Positions 24,981 to 38,449 of a DNA stretch of 64,000 nucleotides are shown one piece after another. The position numbers were made by a program, and so were the translations under genes. The notes below the pieces were generated by a model. That model made no database searches. It was not told the DNA's origin and saw only the letters and a list, made by a program, of their open reading frames with translations. Source of the stretch: Camelus dromedarius (lineage: Eukaryota); contig NC_087436.1 of the NCBI RefSeq assembly GCF_036321535.1, forward strand, positions 14,570,001 to 14,634,000, given 5' to 3'. Position 1 is the stretch's first letter. Every line of letters starts with the position of its first letter.

Positions 24981-26551
24981 ACAACTCACATCTCTTGACT
25001 AGCTGAGACCCTGCTTTTTAAATATTCTTCGCCAGTCTGGCTGTAACTTTTCCACCTTCAAAATTAAAATAGAAAACAATAAAAAGAAAACAATATTGAG
25101 GAAATAAATCACTAGCTCTATTTAAAGATGCTAGTTTTTCCAATATCAGTATTCACGTGGTTACCATTCATGAACAATCATTATCAGATTTATTGCTGAC
25201 GATTTATTGCTGAGTAAACAGTGTGTAGTCCCTGAATTCATGTGCATCTTTTGTTTTCGGTTACTTCCTTACCTGCTTGCATCCTAATCGTTCTTTTTAA
25301 ATCTTTAGTGTATTACTAGAAACCATAGTTAGGTAAGTTGCCTAGCAAACCTGTGTCTAGTTCTTTAGATTTGGGATGGGATCTGTTGACTCTGTTGACT
25401 CTTCAAAATAGAATCTAAATTGTGATCCTGGTCCTTCTCTTAAGTATATGCCTTGTTTTGGTGAGATGTGTGACTTTTGGGGTGGTCTCCCTCACATTCA
25501 GTCAGTTGATCTTTTTCTTTTAGGTAAGGTAAGACAAACTTCTCTGAAGGGAGAGTCCCCTCCCCGCCATATGTTCTAAAGTGCCCTTCAAGTTAACAAT
25601 TTTGTTCATTTCAAAAGTTGTCCAAAGTGGAAACTGAAAGTCTTAAGTTGTTCTTAGTGAAAATATGCAATTTAGAAAGATAATTACCTGAATTAGAATA
25701 AGCAGCTGCTTGAGAGTGGGTTGACTGATGAAAAAAATCAGTTTTATGAAAATGTGTCTTTAGTACCTTATGTCTCAGAACTGCAACCAAATGATTGGCT
25801 ACTTTCAAGTAGAAGCTTGACAAATGTCTGGCTGGTTGGAAGTTTGGAGAGATCTCTACCAGGTCAGACTCATAAGTAAAACAACCCAAGACTGAGGAAA
25901 GTTATGGTGAGATTTTCATGAGTTGTGTAAAGTTTGTCCAAAGGATGCTCAGCCTCTGGGAATTGTTCAGGGAATTGACCTGTTGGGGCCTGTGCCATTC
26001 TGTTCCTCTGAACATGGTCTCAGAGGCTTAAATGACAGAAACATCCCACAGCTCAGGACAAATAGGCTGTCGTGAGTAATAAGACTGGTTTCCATCAAGG
26101 ATAAAAGTTTTCAAATCTGATCAAATAATGACGTTATTTAATTTAGAGAGAGGAAGTTAGATTTAAAGTAGTTATTAGATAAATATAATGGAAAAAACAG
26201 ATAAAAGGATATGCAGATAGAACTGTTTCTATTTTGAATAAAGAAGGCAGTATTAACCTAAAATTTTTTAGATATGTAAGAATGTTTATTTGGGAGCCTT
26301 TTCTTCAAAGGGTTATTGATATTTTAAAGTCTTAAGATTTTCTAAGCAGCAGGGTGAAGTATTGTGCCTTAAAGTTTTTATGAATGCCTGGCTTGTCTAT
26401 CTGATTGCTTTTAAAATCAATTTCTGTGTTAGCTATTAACACTTTTAGTATCTGCGAGATAACACATTTGTAAACCTAACTTGAGCCTGTGTAGAACAGG
26501 CATTCGCAAGACTTTCTGCAAAACCTTTTCTGCTATTAAGAGAAAATCATA

Positions 26552-26818
26552 TATGCAGATACTAACTACTATATATATAAATAGATAAGCAACAAGTCCT
26601 ATTGTATATATAGCATAGGGAACTATATTCAATACCTTGTAATAGCTTGTAATGAAAAAGAATATGAAAAGGAATATACATACATGTATATAACCACTAT
26701 GCTATACCCAAGAAACTAATACAACATTGTAAACTGACTATACTTAAATTAAGAAACAGAGGTGAATTGTATCATATATGAATTGTATCTCAATAAAACT
26801 GCTTTTTAAATAAGAGAA
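26552..26818 (+). mobile_element. Composite L1 3'-end insertion (two L1 ends inside one TSD pair)
   Basis: TSD aagagaaaatcata at 26538-26551 and 26819-26832. First end ...aaactgactatacttaaattaag; second end ggtgaattgtatcatatatgaattgtatctcaataaa. Confidence 0.85.
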
Positions 26819-27059
26819 AAGAGAAAATCATAAGGAATCCCTTCTTGGTAAAATTTATATTTACATTGAAACTGTTCTTAAACTTACTAATGCAAAATAG
26901 CCAGACATATTTAATTAATCTTTATGCAGTCTATAGAAATAAATTGAAATACATTGTTAGGAGATTCAGATTTTCAGATTACTGTGTTACAGATTATTAG
27001 TACAGTGTCCTGGAGTTATTTAAGAATAACTGAAGAGAAGTGATTTTTCATCTATTTTA

Positions 27060-28170
27060 TTTTTTTTTAATTAACTTCTGAAATAATTGAGGTATAATTT
27101 ATATACAGGAAAGTGTAGATAAACTTTTCTATATTGATGAACTTTTACAAAGTGAACACAACTTTGCGACCGTAACCTAGATCAAGATATCAACTCCTCT
27201 GAAGCCTCCCTGTGTCCTGTCCCAGTCAAATAACCCACTCACCTCAGGGTTAACTACTGTTCTGACTTTGTGGTCAGAGATTAGTTTGGCTTGTTTTTGA
27301 ATTTAATAGAAACAGAATTATATACATGCTCCCCCCCGTACCCCTGGTGCTTTCATACAGCATTCTGTTTGTGAGATGTATCCTATTTTGTGTGTGGCAT
27401 TAGTTTTCTCATTTTCACTGAGGTTTAGGATACTATCATAAGAATATACTGCAGTTTCTCTGTTCTACTGCTCATGGACATTTGGGTTATGTGCACTTTG
27501 GGGCTCTTTAAATAACGCTGCTATGGTAAATCTTACACATAACGTTCCCTCCACATACGTACACATTTCTTTCTATCGATTGTGTACCCAGGAGTGGTAC
27601 TGTTTAGTCGTTGGGTAAGTGTATTTTCACCTTATACTAAATAGATACTTTCAGTTTTCCATACTGGTTATATCAATTTACATTTCTACCTGCAGTTACG
27701 AGAGTGCCATTTGCTGCATATGTTCTATTACACTTGGTATTCTCTTTTTTTGATGAAAAACTAATCATTTTGATGGGTAAAGAATCTTACTGTGTTGTTT
27801 ATCTGTATTTTCCTGAGGATTAGTGATGTTGAAAACCTTTCCAATATGTCTATTCGTTTTTGAAATTATCTTTTGTGAAGTTTTATTTGGTCTTTAGCGT
27901 ATCTTAAAAATTGAGTTGTCTTTTTTCTTGGTGATTTAAAGTTGTTTTTTTAAAAAATATTTTATATATGAGTCTTTTGGACATGTGCATTGTGAATATC
28001 TTCTCTTACTTTGTAGCTGGCATTTTCATTTCAAGAACACAATTTTTAATGAAGTCCAGTTTGCTATGTTTATCTTTGTCTTGTTTGAGAAACTGTTGCC
28101 TACCTCAAAGTCATGATGGTATTTTCCTGTCATCTCACAGCTTTATTGTTTTAAACTTTATTGTTTGGGT
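27060..28170 (-). mobile_element. Old L1 (L1ME/L1MD) 3' end
   Basis: aattgaggtataatttatatacag...atggacatttgggttatg...tacccaggagtgg. Confidence 0.8.
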
Positions 28171-29426
28171 CTCTTAACATACTTTTTTTCTTCCCTCCTT
28201 TTCCATGGCCTGTGGATGGCTGTGATTCATTTGATTTTGATTTTAATAGTAGTAGAGATAGAAAATCTATCGGTATGACTTAACCAAAAAAAGTTTTTAT
28301 TTTATTTTTATATATGGTATTGTAACTTCTGCATGGCAACGTCTTCTGCTAGTTAAAATAGATGATTTTTTTATTCTGTTGATTCTTTTAAAGAAATTTA
28401 AAAACTTTTTTTTTCTGACTCTATAAAAAGTGGCAATCAGTTTTACTATATATACTATGTCATGCTCTGTCTTGTTTTGTTTTTGGGGAGTCATAGTATG
28501 ATGCCTTAAAGACATTGGGTTGTGCAGTCAGTGGCAGCTATATATAAGCAGATGAATGAATCTCTATAAGGCTTCGTTTTGTAATTTACAGAATGGAGAG
28601 TAAATAAGGTGATTTTTAAGTGTATATAAGTTTTTTCAAATCTGGAGCAATGTGCCTGGCAAACCATAAGAGCTCTATATATGCTTTATTCTTGAATTTT
28701 TGAACTTTGTTTTGAAGGTTATTTTGACTTGAAACTTGACTAAAAGGATGTGTACTCCGTTTATTACAAAATTATTTACAGTTAATTTTCTAAGTAGTAA
28801 AATTAATTTGTTTATGCATTTCTTTTTATTATAGGTAAAATATTTTAATTTTAATTAATTTTTAATTCTAGTATCACCAGGGTGGATTTTAAAGTATTTC
28901 CTTATGTTAATTTTTAATAAAATAGAGTAACTATTTTGTAAAATATCTTTCTATTTCATTGGCTCTACTTTAACTCTGTAGATGCTACAGTTACGTTGTC
29001 TGACTGCTACTTAAAAGATGGTAACCAGATACCAGAATGTAGAATATGACAATGTATGTTGATGGTTAGGAATAATTTAACATATGAATGCTTTTCTAAG
29101 ACCCTGTAAGCATGCTATTGTCTTGGTCTGTAATTTTGAGATCTGATTTGTTACAGAGTTCACTCTTTTTGTAGTCTAGTAAACTGCCAATATCTTGATA
29201 ATTTATTAGCTTTTCCATATGTGGCATATAAAACTTCAATAATTTGTAGGATTAGGAAAGATTTTGTTAATCATTTGCCAAAGTTCAGCACATACTTTGG
29301 ATTTTAAAGTAGTGTGAAAAAAACAAATTGTCATGTTATTGAGATTCTTGGATAGATTTTACATATCAGGGGTAACTTCTGAAGTTGAAAAATTATTCCT
29401 TATGTATTTATTTTTTTATTATTTAG

Positions 29427-29474
29427 GGAGTCTCAACCATCAGTGGGATTTTTAGAAGGATATCTAAGTATTTG
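29427..29474 (+). other. Candidate 48-nt internal micro-exon of the host gene
   Basis: U-rich acceptor tatttatttttttattatttag|GGAG and consensus donor TTG|gtaagt. Length is divisible by 3 and two frames are open (GVSTISGIFRRISKYL or ESQPSVGFLEGYLSI). TGCATG at 29505-29510. Lies in TE-poor sequence. Confidence 0.6.
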
Positions 29475-30704
29475 GTAAGTACATATTCTCCATGCTAAAC
29501 CCCTTGCATGTTACTTAAGTTTACATGTATGTTATATTAATGATATTTACAATAATAGCCAGTGTAAATTACAATTATTTATATTTCTTTTAAGTTTTAC
29601 CTAGTCTGGAATTTTCTTCTCTTCATACTCATTCTGATCTTCTTCTGGTTCTTCCTACATATTATGTCAAGAAAATTCTAGTGTGCAGCCTAAGTACTAA
29701 AAGTGTTCAGAGAAAGAAATAGTCTTGGGGGACAGAAATGCTAATACTTTGTGGATGAAACAGGATTTTCCCTACAGGAGAGTTTTGTTTTTTAACAGTT
29801 TTGATTAGCTGTCGATACTAATACACATACTTTTTTTACTTTAATCCTTATGTGAGGTCCAGTTTGTCACAGTAAGCCCCTGTAAAGACTGATCAGACTC
29901 TGTGCTGTTTCCTTTCTGAGCTACTCCGCTTTCTTTGTAATAACATTATAATATGAAAATTTGATACATGCCTGTACTTAAGAGTTTCATAAACTTTTGA
30001 TTTCACTTAGGTAATGCTTTTACTGTTTTATTTTTGAGTGAAAGTAGGAGAATTAATCTCAGAATGTGTTTTTCTTCACTATATAATATTTTAGAACTTG
30101 TGTACTGGGGTGATTACATAGGTATAACAAGGTTTCAGTTAATAATAATAGATTTAAAAATTATTAAATATACCTCAACAATGAGGGGAAAGTACTGATG
30201 CATTGACTGTTAACCAAGTTGCATTAATGTAGTTTTTTGATTAATATAGTCAATAAAATATTTTTAAGGATGAATACATTTATTTGATTACCTAAAGGAA
30301 ATCTCCTAGATACATGAAGAAATATTAATAAGTCTTGATGTCTTTTATTATGCTTTTTAATGTGTTTGAAGCAATAAATATTCAACCAAATGATAATTCT
30401 AAAATTCTATAATAATCATAGATGATGTAAGTATTCAACAATTATATTACACTGTTTACTATATACTTATAATAAATGTAACGTTTTTAGGAGCAAATGA
30501 TGTTACAGAAATCTCTTAAACAAATTTTTACTACTTTAAAATGCAGTGACTGATTTCTGGAGATACATTAAGTAGAAACAGTAACTTACTGCCATATTTT
30601 TCCCTCATTGATACAGATACTTGAGTTAGTTTGAGGGAAGCAAACATCTTTGCATTACATATGTTTGTGACATATATTTTATTTTTGCAAATATACTCAT
30701 TTTT

Positions 30705-31720
30705 AATGACTCCTTTGAGATATATAGCTCACATACCAGAAGATTCATCCCTAAGTGTACATTTAAGTGGTTTTTATTATATTCAGAGTTGTACAATCAT
30801 CACTACTATCTGGTTTCAGGCACCCCTTCCCCCAACACCTCTCCCCACCCTCAACCCCACCAGCACCCTAGGCAACCACTAATACACTTTTCCTAAGAAT
30901 TGCCTCTTCTGGACATTTCTTACAAATGCAATCATACAATATTTGTTTTTTTTTTTTTGCATCCGGCTTCTTTCACTTAGCATAATATTTTCAAGATTTA
31001 CTCACATAGTAGCATGATGTATCATTCAATTTTATGGCCAAAAAATCTTCCATTGTATACCACATTTTGTTTATTCATTCATCAGTTGATGGATTGTATC
31101 TATGTTTTGGCTATTAGGAATGTTTCTGCAATGAACATTCTTGCAGACGTTTTTATGTGTACTTATATGTTCATTTCCTTTGAGTGTATATTTATAGGGG
31201 GTAAATTTATAAGGGGCGGTTAGTATAGTAACTGTGTTTAGCTCAAGGAACTATCAAAATGTATGCACTATGTTATAATCTCACCGCAGTATATGAGGGT
31301 TCCAATTCTCCCCTCTCTCACAGACATTGATTGTTATTATTGGTGGGTTTTTTTTGTATTTTAGCCATCCTGATAGATGTGAAGTGGTATTTCATTGTGG
31401 CTTTGGTTTTCATTTCCACAATGACTAATGATGAGCATTATTTCATATGCTTATTGACCATTTACATTTTTTTTGAGAAATGTCTGTTCGGATCTTTTGC
31501 CCATTTTTAAATTAGGTTGTCTTTTTATTGTTAAATTGTAAGCATTCTTTATGTGTTCTGGAAACTAGCCCTTTATGAGATAATACAATTTGCAAATACT
31601 TTCTCCCATTCTGTGCATTGTCTTTTCATTTTCTGGTGTCCTTTGAGGCACAAAAGTTTTAAATTTTGATGAAGTCTGATTTATCTCTTTTTTGTTGCTT
31701 GTACTTTTGGTGTCATTGCA
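30705..31720 (-). mobile_element. L1MB-like 3' end
   Basis: ttgagatatatagctcacatacc...ggcttctttcacttagcataatattttcaag...gagaaatgtctgttcggatc. Confidence 0.85.
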
Positions 31721-33080
31721 GATTTATTTTAAAATACACATTCATTGATAGTCTAGGTTTGTGACAAGGTTTTAATGACCACAGGACTGTAAAGCATTGA
31801 CATTTCCTGTGTTTGACAGCCAAACCCCAAAGGAAGCAATTATCCTTGTATTTGTGCTTCAATTCCTCAGCTAATTGTTTTAAGCAAAACATTATGTTTT
31901 GATCCCATGTGTTGCCATGAAAACATCAGATGTGTGTGATATGTTTATTGACATTAGTCTTACAAATTCATGCTTAATTTTTTGGACTGGAGAAGAACTT
32001 AATACTTTAGTTATCATGGCATTCATTGCATATTTGACTTCATACCTTAATAAGCCATTGCATTTTAGGCTAAGAATATTATCAGAGTTCTTTTTTATTT
32101 TTCTTATGAAGAGAAAATAGATTTGATTAATCTTATTGATTTTAATCTTGTACAGGTTATTTGTAGGCAGTGACCTGTTGATGTTTTTGTAAACCTGCAT
32201 ATGGAATATGTCTATTTTTCTTTTACTTTATTAGGTATGTGTCTTTTTAGTTTTTATGGGACCATTTTAGATTCTTATTTTTTACATTATGTGGCTTTTT
32301 ATCAATTGAAGGCATATTTCAGAATGTATTGGCCTATAATGCCTAATTTAGTTTTTTAGAGAAATGGCATGTAACAGTGGGATGTTACTACTTTTAGTAG
32401 CATCGGCTTTCTGTGTAAGGGTAAGGGGTTGTAATACAGTGTAATAAATACATTTTTATTGGAGAAGTTTATTTTTTTATCTTTCATGTTATCTAACAGT
32501 ATTCTGTATAAATTTCAAGTAACCAAAAATCTATTTTAATGAAATTTTATAGAGTTAAGATCTTTGATATTTTTCTCACTGATTTTAAATCCAGTGTCCA
32601 TTGGTTAACAGTCACTTAAGTGCCCATTGGATGAGTGAAATTGTTCTTCACATTGATGTTTTTATAGTTTGTCTTATATTATCCGTGGACGTTTTGCAAT
32701 GGAAAAGAAGATAAAAACTGACATCTCATTCATGGTGGTGTTAAATTTTCAATTGTGATAAAAAAAATTAAGGAAAAGATTTAGCTGAGTTACCTCCTCC
32801 TATGGTTGTATGTCAAATGTGGTAATTAAGAGGATTTTGATGACCTGTTTATGGCTGAATTAAGGCAAAATGGCTTTTGTGCACTCTTCTGTCTCCTTTC
32901 CCTTCTCTTGTTCTGTGTGCCTCCTAACACAATCATTGAATATATATTAGTTCTCTTTGAGTATTTATATTTGAAATGGGAGTTTAAGATTAGGAGAGAC
33001 CTCTTTTTCTTACAAGGGTAAAGAAGGATTACCCTTTAGTTAAAGTAGTTTGTCCTTAAAGACAGTAGCGGCCGGCTTAT

Positions 33081-33095
33081 TCTCTAGGTGGCAGC
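33081..33095 (+). promoter_or_regulatory. Candidate CTCF site
   Basis: tctctaggtggcagc matches the CTCF core CCWCYAGRKGGCR with one mismatch, in a local CpG-retaining patch (33068-33162). Confidence 0.45.
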
Positions 33096-33399
33096 TTCTC
33101 AGCACATGGACTAGAGTTTGCCACTCCGCTGATCCGTCTTGCACCTTGGAGATATTGGTCGGGGTGGTAGGGATAGAACAGTGAAACTGTTTTTCATTGA
33201 AGAGTCTTTCACATTACTTTCTAATCTTACTTGGGAAAGCTCAGCTGGACTTGAATTATTCTGAATATCACGCTATTTTTTGTACAAGTGTCTGAAAGCT
33301 ATTGCACAGTAGTATTGATTCTTGTTTCTCCCAGTACAGTTACTGCAGTAACCACCTCATGCAGAGAAGTTTTCCTAAAGGCTTTTTCCTTCAGAACTC

Positions 33400-34660
33400 C
33401 CTTTTTAAGTGAAAAACTTAATTCAGATTAACTCACATTCATTCTGGTAGCCATCTCAATTTTATTCTTATTATCCAAGATTTCCATTCTCCTGATCTTT
33501 CTTCAGAGATTTCCCAGTCTATTCATCTAAAGAACTACAACTGTGTATTTCTTCTGTTTTATTCCCTGCTTGTGGACTGCCTAGCGTTGCTAGAGTTATA
33601 TCAATTTTCTGTCTCAAGAGGTTCCTAGTATGAATTCACGTTTCCCCTCCTAGTTTAGCTTCAGTGTTTCTTGGTCATCTTTATCTCGTTTTGATCTTCT
33701 ATTTCATTCCACATTACTAATTATTTGGAACCTTTCCACTCTCCTCCATGACCAGTCCTGTCCCTATTTCTCTTATTCTTTTTTCGTTTCATATTTAAAC
33801 TCTTTCTTTCTTCAGTCTAACTTTACTCAAAGAATATAGTATTTTTATTTCTTTTGAAAGCTAACATCTGTATCCTTAATCTCAATCCCCCTTTCCTTCT
33901 CTGGAACCTTGTTGTTTTCATTTATTCTCCCTTTTATGCTCCATGCTGGGTTCTCTGTCTTATCACACTTCATCTGGAAAGATACCTTCTGCTCTTTCCC
34001 TGTCCTCCTATTAACCAGCGAGCTTGTTTGCTTTATAGTCGACTCTAGGTGTCCAGTTTCTCAACTCTTATTCAGCTACCTTCTGCAGTTAATACTGGTG
34101 TTCTGCTTCCTCAAATGAAAGTAAACCACTTTTTCTCACCTACCCAGGTAGATAAGACATTGGTTAGGCTGATGATAGAATGAATGCTCTGTATCATCTC
34201 TAAGATAAGACTGAGTTCCAGTTGCTAATCTGTGTCTTTTCTTTTCTCCTCCTATCCTACCTTTTTCAGCATTTGGTGTTTTGCTTCTCTTTAACATTCA
34301 CTTCTCCCATGTTTTCTGTGGTAGTCTACTTCAATGGTTTTTCTACTACTTCTCCAACTAAATGTTCTCTTTGTTCTTGCTTTTTTTCCTTTATATACCC
34401 TTTATGTATTAACGGGGTTGAAGCTTTGCTCCTCCTCATTATGTATCATTTCTAGGAGGTGGTCTCTGCTTCATTATGTAAATTACCACAAATTTGTGAT
34501 GATTCACAAATGCCACATTTTCCTTCATTACCTATTTTACCTCAGTCATTATGTCTTAAGCACACCAAAATTATCTCTCAAGCTGAAAAATTTGTCTTGC
34601 ACAATGCTTAATAGATGCATGGAACTCAGTAAATACTTGCTGAATCAGTGAATGAACTCA
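33400..34660 (+). mobile_element. L2 fragments
   Basis: Pyrimidine-rich L2-like sequence ending cacaatgcttaatagatgcatggaactcagtaaatacttgctgaatcagtgaatgaa. Confidence 0.5.
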
Positions 34661-34794
34661 CCTGCATCTCCCAGTCTGTTTCTTTTGTTCTTTTTTCAGG
34701 TAATGATTTTAACCCTTCATCTATTCTCATATCACAGCCCTATAGCATCTTTGACCAACTCTTGTCTACACTTGTTAATATCAGTTACCATATT

Positions 34795-34930
34795 TTGATC
34801 CTACACTTAAGTAGTGAGGCAGGTGATATTCCCATTTGCAGATGGTAAAAATAAGGATCACAGAGATTGTGATTTGCTTATGGCTTCACAGGTAGTGGTG
34901 GAGTTGAAAATTAAAATTAGGTTTCTTACC
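34795..34930 (-). mobile_element. MIR fragment
   Basis: attcccatttgcagatggtaaaaataaggatcacagaga...cacaggtagt. Confidence 0.6.
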
Positions 34931-35455
34931 ACATGTTTTCTGGTTTTCACAGAAAACATTCTTTCTAATGATAAAAGCACTATGATGGACAAGAAGTTAT
35001 TCTCAGTGTACTATGTGAGTTAAGGTAGAGAAAACTGAAAGGTGGGAGTACTTTAAAATCTTGCATAATGAGATGAAGTCCTTAATTTGGTGGAAGGAAT
35101 GAAAATCAAGGATGTGAGAAGTTTGTCACTGACCATTCATAGAATTTTGACATCCAGTAATGATGCAGTGATGCCACTAAAGCAGTTGTGTAAACCATCC
35201 CTCAGCTAACAGTAATAAAACCTGGATAAAATATTGAAAGGAAAACTCTATTTAAAAGCAGCAGAAAATGACCAAAAGGAGGCAGAAGCCAGATGAGAAG
35301 TTATCCTTTAAAGCTTGCAACTACAATGTGTAAGAATTGTATGTTTGTGGCTCTCTTGCCTTTGGGTGCATTCCTGCCTCCTGTAGTTCCAGTGGCACCA
35401 GACAAAAGTTAGGCGAGCCACGCAGCTGTACATTTATTGAGGGAAAACCTAGAAG

Positions 35456-35593
35456 CAAGTGGACCATTGAAGAGGCTCAGGTTCCTCATGTGAGGATTCA
35501 ACCAACCGTGGATTGTGTAGTACATATTTAGAGAGAAAAATCCGTAAGTGGATCCATGCGGTTCAAATCCATGTTGTTCAAGTGTCCACTGTA
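35456..35593. mobile_element. Tigger2/MER8-like MITE
   Basis: ggattcaaccaaccgtgga...aagtggatccatgcggttcaaatccatgttgttcaagtgtccactgta (Tigger2-type TIR followed by TA). Confidence 0.7.
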
Positions 35594-35689
35594 TATTTTT
35601 ATTAATTAAAGAATTACTGATGATTAAAGCAAAAATTATAATACTGTATTGTTAGGTTTATAATGTATATATGAAAACAACAGCACAAA

Positions 35690-37260
35690 GTTGGTGATAT
35701 CCCAGGCATAATTTGTGTTTCTCTGATGTCAATGTTGAGCATCTTTTCATGCGTTTTTGACCACTTGGATATCTTCTTCAGTGAAGTATTTCATCAAGAT
35801 TTTAAGAATTAACATATTACACTGTATTTAATATAACATGTCATAATAAGATAAATTGACATACTAAACAATATTTAGTCTTCTAATTTATGAACATGGT
35901 ATATCTTTAGGTTGTTTTTTAAATTTCTCTGAGTAATGTGTGAGAGTTTTTTTTTTAAGGTAATAAAAAAACAACTCTACTGATTAAGCAATAATTTCTC
36001 ATTTCCCTCTCTCCCTGGCTCTTGTAATATCTGATCTACTTTCTGTCTGTATGAATTTGCCTTTTCTAGATATTTTATATAAGTGCAATCATGTAGTACT
36101 TGCCCTTTTGTGTCTGGCTTATTTCACTGGGTATGTTTTCAAAGTACATCTAAGTTGGAGCATGCATCAGGATTTCATTCCTTTTTATGGCTGAATAATA
36201 TTCCGTGGCCATATTCCACAGTTTGTTTATCTGTTTGTCTGTTGGTGGACACTTGGGTTGTTTCCACCTTTTGGTTATTGTGAATAATGCTGCAGTGAAT
36301 ATGGGCGTACAAATGTCTGAGTCTTCTTTTCAGTTCTCAGGTGTATACCTAGGAGTGGAATTGCTTGGTGACATGGTAATTCTGTTTAGCTTTTTGAGAA
36401 GCTGCCAAACTGTTTTTCATAGTGGCTTCACCGTTTTACATTACAGCAATTTACAAGGGCCAAGGTTATAGTTTCTCCCCATCTTCATCAATACTTGTTT
36501 GTTTCCCCTACAACCACCCACCCTTTTTTAACCCCTTAATAGAGGCACTGGAGATTGAACATCAGTATTTGTTATTTCCTGTCTGTAGTAACTTTTGGGG
36601 GCAGATTTCTTAGGATTTTCTTATAAACAGTCATGTGAACAGAGACAGTTATACTTCCGTTTTGATCTCTTCGCTTTCTTTTACCTTTTTATGTTGGATT
36701 TCTATAGTATAATATTGAATATAAGTAATGAGAGCAGACATTCTTGCCATATTCCCAAACGTAGGGAGAACATATTTGGTATTTCATTATTAAATATGTT
36801 TTTAGCCATAGGACATTCATAGATACTCTTTATCTGGTTGAAAAAAGTTCTTCGCTGAATGATTTTGTTTGTCTATTTTTAATCATTAATGGTATTTGAT
36901 TTTGTCACTGACTTTTGCATCTGTTGCCATGATCGCGTAGGTTTTCTGTTAAACTATTAATGTGGTTGAATTACATTAATTATTTTTCATGTTAACTCAA
37001 CCCTGCATTCCTAGATAAACTTTGTTAGGATGTATTATTATTTTTATATATCACTGGATTTGATTCGCTAAAAAGTTTTGTCAAAACTAGAAACGGTCTT
37101 CTTTTCCTCTATTTTGTGTAATACCGACATATGTTTGTATACCAGACACATAGTTTGTATAGGTCTGACATATGTTTTCCTTAACTATGTGATAGAATTC
37201 ACCAGTGAAATCATCTGGGTCAAGAGGTTTTTTTGAAGGAAGGTTTTGGACTTAGGATTT
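35690..37260 (-). mobile_element. Nested antisense L1 fragments (L1MB inside older L1M), with a short Vic-1 fragment at ~36525-36560
   Basis: ggtggacacttgggttgtttccacc, ataccTaggagtggaattgc, gaattcaccagtgaaatcatctggg. The SINE fragment reads gttcaatctccagtgcctct in reverse complement. Confidence 0.8.
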
Positions 37261-38449
37261 TTTTATTCTTCCTGGGTTTATTTTTTATGGGTAGGTCAGT
37301 TATTTTAGTAACTGATGCTTACATGGTTAATCCATTTTTCTCTTATGTAATCTGATTATTAGACTGGGTTTCTTCTCTGTTTACAAATAGTAGTTTTATT
37401 CATTTGGTTTCTTTGGGTTAGTTATGCTAATGAAGAGAGTTCCATTTGTGTATATAGTGATTAAAAATGTATATATATGTATATAAAAATTGTCTTCTGT
37501 TCATCCATATGTCATGTAGGTTTTGAACTTTTTTCTTCTTTGTTTTAATATTTTTTGGGTACTAAAGATGATTGTAATTCACTGTAGTTTTGTACTTTGG
37601 AGTTCTTATAATAGCTGTTTGTGTGTGTGTAGTCCTGTTTTATATTCTTGCCAGGGAAAACTTGATTTTGTTTGATTTAAGATCTGGTGGATGTCATTCC
37701 CCCCCTATACATTTACTGCTACCCCAGCACAACCTTGTATATAACAAGAACAAATTTCTTTCCTAAGTCACCAATCAGGTTTTGAGCCTACTAGTGTGAC
37801 TGGAACTTTAATTTTAAAGTCAGGCAGGTTCTAATCCTGCTTCTCTCACTTATCTTTCTCACCGTGGATTTAGTAACACTTTGATTATATTCTCTGTACT
37901 TTCTTACAAATCCATTCCTTATGTTCTGTTAAGCTTCTTGAAATTTGTAATTTTTCTTTCTTCCCCTAATGCTACATAAGATTTGAATTCCTAGGACAAA
38001 ACTCTGGTAATAGTGGGTAATTCTTTTAATTTACCACTTCTTTCTTGTACTCAGTTATGTAATTATTGCCCTGCAGATATCTGAAAAGATGTTTTAACAT
38101 AAATTTGAAGGTTTTTGTAGGTATAATTAGCAGGTAATTTGTTTGGTTTTGGCTAAAATAATCTGAGTTGGGGATATATTTCATTTAATTTGGGTGTAGT
38201 GGTATATACTTACATGGAGATCATTCATGACCACGTATAGTTAAATTATTGCTAGCTGTCCCATTGTAGGAATGTGTTCCAGTAATGTCCAGTGGCTCTA
38301 GACATCATGACAGGAATGTATAAGGCTAGAGGCCATGTATAGTATGAATGTATCCTCTGATGGCCATTTCTAGAAGTGTGAGTGCACTGCTATTGGTAGC
38401 AAAGGATAAACTACTTTGAAATGTACAGAATCAGAATCAAGTCTGTGGA

